This document shows positions 62,326-64,000 of a stretch of DNA of 64,000 nucleotides, piece by piece; within the stretch, counting starts at the first letter, position 1, and each line of letters opens with the position of its first letter. The notes beneath the pieces were generated by a model. That model worked only from the letters and a program-made list of their open reading frames with translations, was not told the origin of the DNA and made no database searches. The position numbers were made by a program, and so were the translations under genes. This DNA comes from Methanocaldococcus sp. 28A (GTDB lineage: Archaea > AGJL01 > Methanococci > Methanococcales > Methanocaldococcaceae): NCBI GenBank assembly GCA_049852185.1, contig CP187540.1. One strand, 5' to 3'.

Positions 62326-63984
62326 GTGGAAGAGAAGATTATGACAATTGCATTAAGAAATGCCATAAAATATAATGGAAAAGCTAATCCAAAAGCAGTT
62401 TTAGGGATATTTTTGTCAGAAAATCCAGAATATAGAAGTAAAGCTAAGGAAGTAATGCCAATTATAGAAAAAATTGTTGAAGATGTTAATAAACTATCGT
62501 TAGAAGAAATGAAGAAAAAGTTGGAAGAATTGAATATAGATGAGAAAAAGAAAGAAAAGAAAGAGAAAGGTTTAGAACTACCAAACGTAAAAGATAAGGT
62601 AGTTATGAGATTCGCTCCTAATCCATCAGGGCCTTTACATATAGGACATGCAAGAGCTGCGGTATTAAATGATTACTTTGTTAAAAAATATAATGGAAGA
62701 TTAATTTTAAGATTAGAAGATACTGACCCAAAGAGAGTTTTACCAGAAGCTTATGATATGATTAAAGAAGATTTAGATTGGTTGGGAGTTAAAGTTGATG
62801 AAGTTGTTATTCAATCAGATAGAATAGAGCTTTATTATGAATATGGTAGAAAATTGATTGAAATGGGGCATGCTTATGTTTGTGACTGTAATCCAGAAGA
62901 GTTTAGAGAGCTAAGAAACAAAGGAATGCCATGTAAATGTAGAGATAGAGCTGTTGAAGATAACTTAGAACTTTGGGAAAAAATGTTAAATGGAGAACTT
63001 GAAAATGTTGTTGTTAGATTAAAAACAGATATAAAGCACAAAAACCCATCTATAAGAGATTTTCCAATATTTAGGATAGAAAAAACTCCACACCCAAGAA
63101 CTGGAGATAAATATAGTGTCTATCCATTAATGAACTTCTCAGTGCCTGTTGATGATTATTTATTGGGAATGACCCATGTTTTAAGAGGAAAAGACCACAT
63201 TGTAAATACTGAAAAACAAGCCTATATTTACAAATACTTTGGCTGGGAAATGCCAGAATTTATACACTATGGAATTTTAAAGATAGAAGATATTGTTTTA
63301 AGCACATCATCCATGTATAAAGGAATTAAAGAAGGGCTTTATAGTGGATGGGATGATGTTAGATTAGGTACATTAAGAGCATTAAGAAGAAGGGGGATTA
63401 AAGCTGAAGCAATATATGAAATAATGAAAAGAATTGGAATTAAGCAGGCAGATGTTAAATTTTCATGGGAAAACTTGTATGCAATAAATAAAGAATTTAT
63501 AGATAAAGATGCAAGGAGATTCTTCTTCGTCTGGAATCCAAAGAAGCTTATTATTGAAAATGTTGAAAAGAGAGTTTTAAAACTTAGAATGCATCCTGAT
63601 AGACCAGAGTTTGGTGAAAGAGAATTAATATTTGATGGAGAGGTTTATGTTGTTGGAGATGAGTTGGAAGAGAATAAAATGTATAGATTAATGGAACTCT
63701 TCAATATATTTGTTGAAAAAGTTAATGATATTGCATTGGCAAAATATCACTCAGATGACTTTAAAATAGCAAGAAAAAATAAAGCTAAAATTATACACTG
63801 GATTCCTGTAAAAGATAGTGTAAAGGTTAAAGTTTTAATGCCTAATGGTGAAATAAAAGAGGGTTTTGCTGAGAAAGACTTTAACATGGTTGAAGTTGAT
63901 GATATTATCCAATTTGAGAGATTTGGATTTGCAAGAGTGGATAAAAAAGATAGTGAAGTTGTTTGTTGCTATGCACATAGATAA
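62326..63984 (+). CDS. gltX: Glutamate-tRNA ligase
   Basis: [33 protein letters not shown]. Confidence 0.96.
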   Translation: MEEKIMTIALRNAIKYNGKANPKAVLGIFLSENPEYRSKAKEVMPIIEKIVEDVNKLSLEEMKKKLEELNIDEKKKEKKEKGLELPNVKDKVVMRFAPNPSGPLHIGHARAAVLNDYFVKKYNGRLILRLEDTDPKRVLPEAYDMIKEDLDWLGVKVDEVVIQSDRIELYYEYGRKLIEMGHAYVCDCNPEEFRELRNKGMPCKCRDRAVEDNLELWEKMLNGELENVVVRLKTDIKHKNPSIRDFPIFRIEKTPHPRTGDKYSVYPLMNFSVPVDDYLLGMTHVLRGKDHIVNTEKQAYIYKYFGWEMPEFIHYGILKIEDIVLSTSSMYKGIKEGLYSGWDDVRLGTLRALRRRGIKAEAIYEIMKRIGIKQADVKFSWENLYAINKEFIDKDARRFFFVWNPKKLIIENVEKRVLKLRMHPDRPEFGERELIFDGEVYVVGDELEENKMYRLMELFNIFVEKVNDIALAKYHSDDFKIARKNKAKIIHWIPVKDSVKVKVLMPNGEIKEGFAEKDFNMVEVDDIIQFERFGFARVDKKDSEVVCCYAHR

Positions 63985-64000
63985 ATAATAATCTTTTATT

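Noticed and set aside
1-64000. CRISPR array or cas genes
   Set aside because: No regularly spaced ~30-37 bp direct repeats and no Cas motifs were seen; the repeats are dispersed palindromes.

Overview
AT-rich archaeal chromosome window from a hyperthermophilic methanogen. GGTGA ribosome-binding sites, TATA/BRE promoters and proteins close to Methanocaldococcus jannaschii point to Methanocaldococcus (inference). Most of the window is housekeeping: phosphomannomutase, tRNA-iMet, an FprA/hemerythrin/rubrerythrin/Ptr2/ferredoxin oxidative-stress cluster, argD, leuB, ABCE1, moaE, galU, ychF, a Ni/Co ECF transporter, a HerA-like ATPase, an RND/S-layer/MFS operon, nhaP, cbiE, crcB, aglB, larC, trm56, split carB and gltX. 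Three accessory layers stand out. (1) A ~15.6 kb co-oriented defence island (43.2-58.8 kb) is built on a DUF1156 N6-adenine methyltransferase, a DUF499 ATPase, a small protein and a SNF2 helicase-DUF3883 nuclease. It is bracketed by two PUA-fold reader genes (DUF365-like and EVE) and contains a wHTH/UPF0175 antitoxin - PIN toxin - divergent TGT-like TIM barrel cassette between two duplicated archaeal ATPase genes. (2) GC-rich non-coding elements: a candidate H/ACA guide RNA and two orphan TnpB-tail (HgcC/omegaRNA-like) elements. (3) Remnants of IS6, IS481 and TnpB elements plus three families of short palindromic repeats. Family assignments come from motif recognition by eye; no database searches were run.
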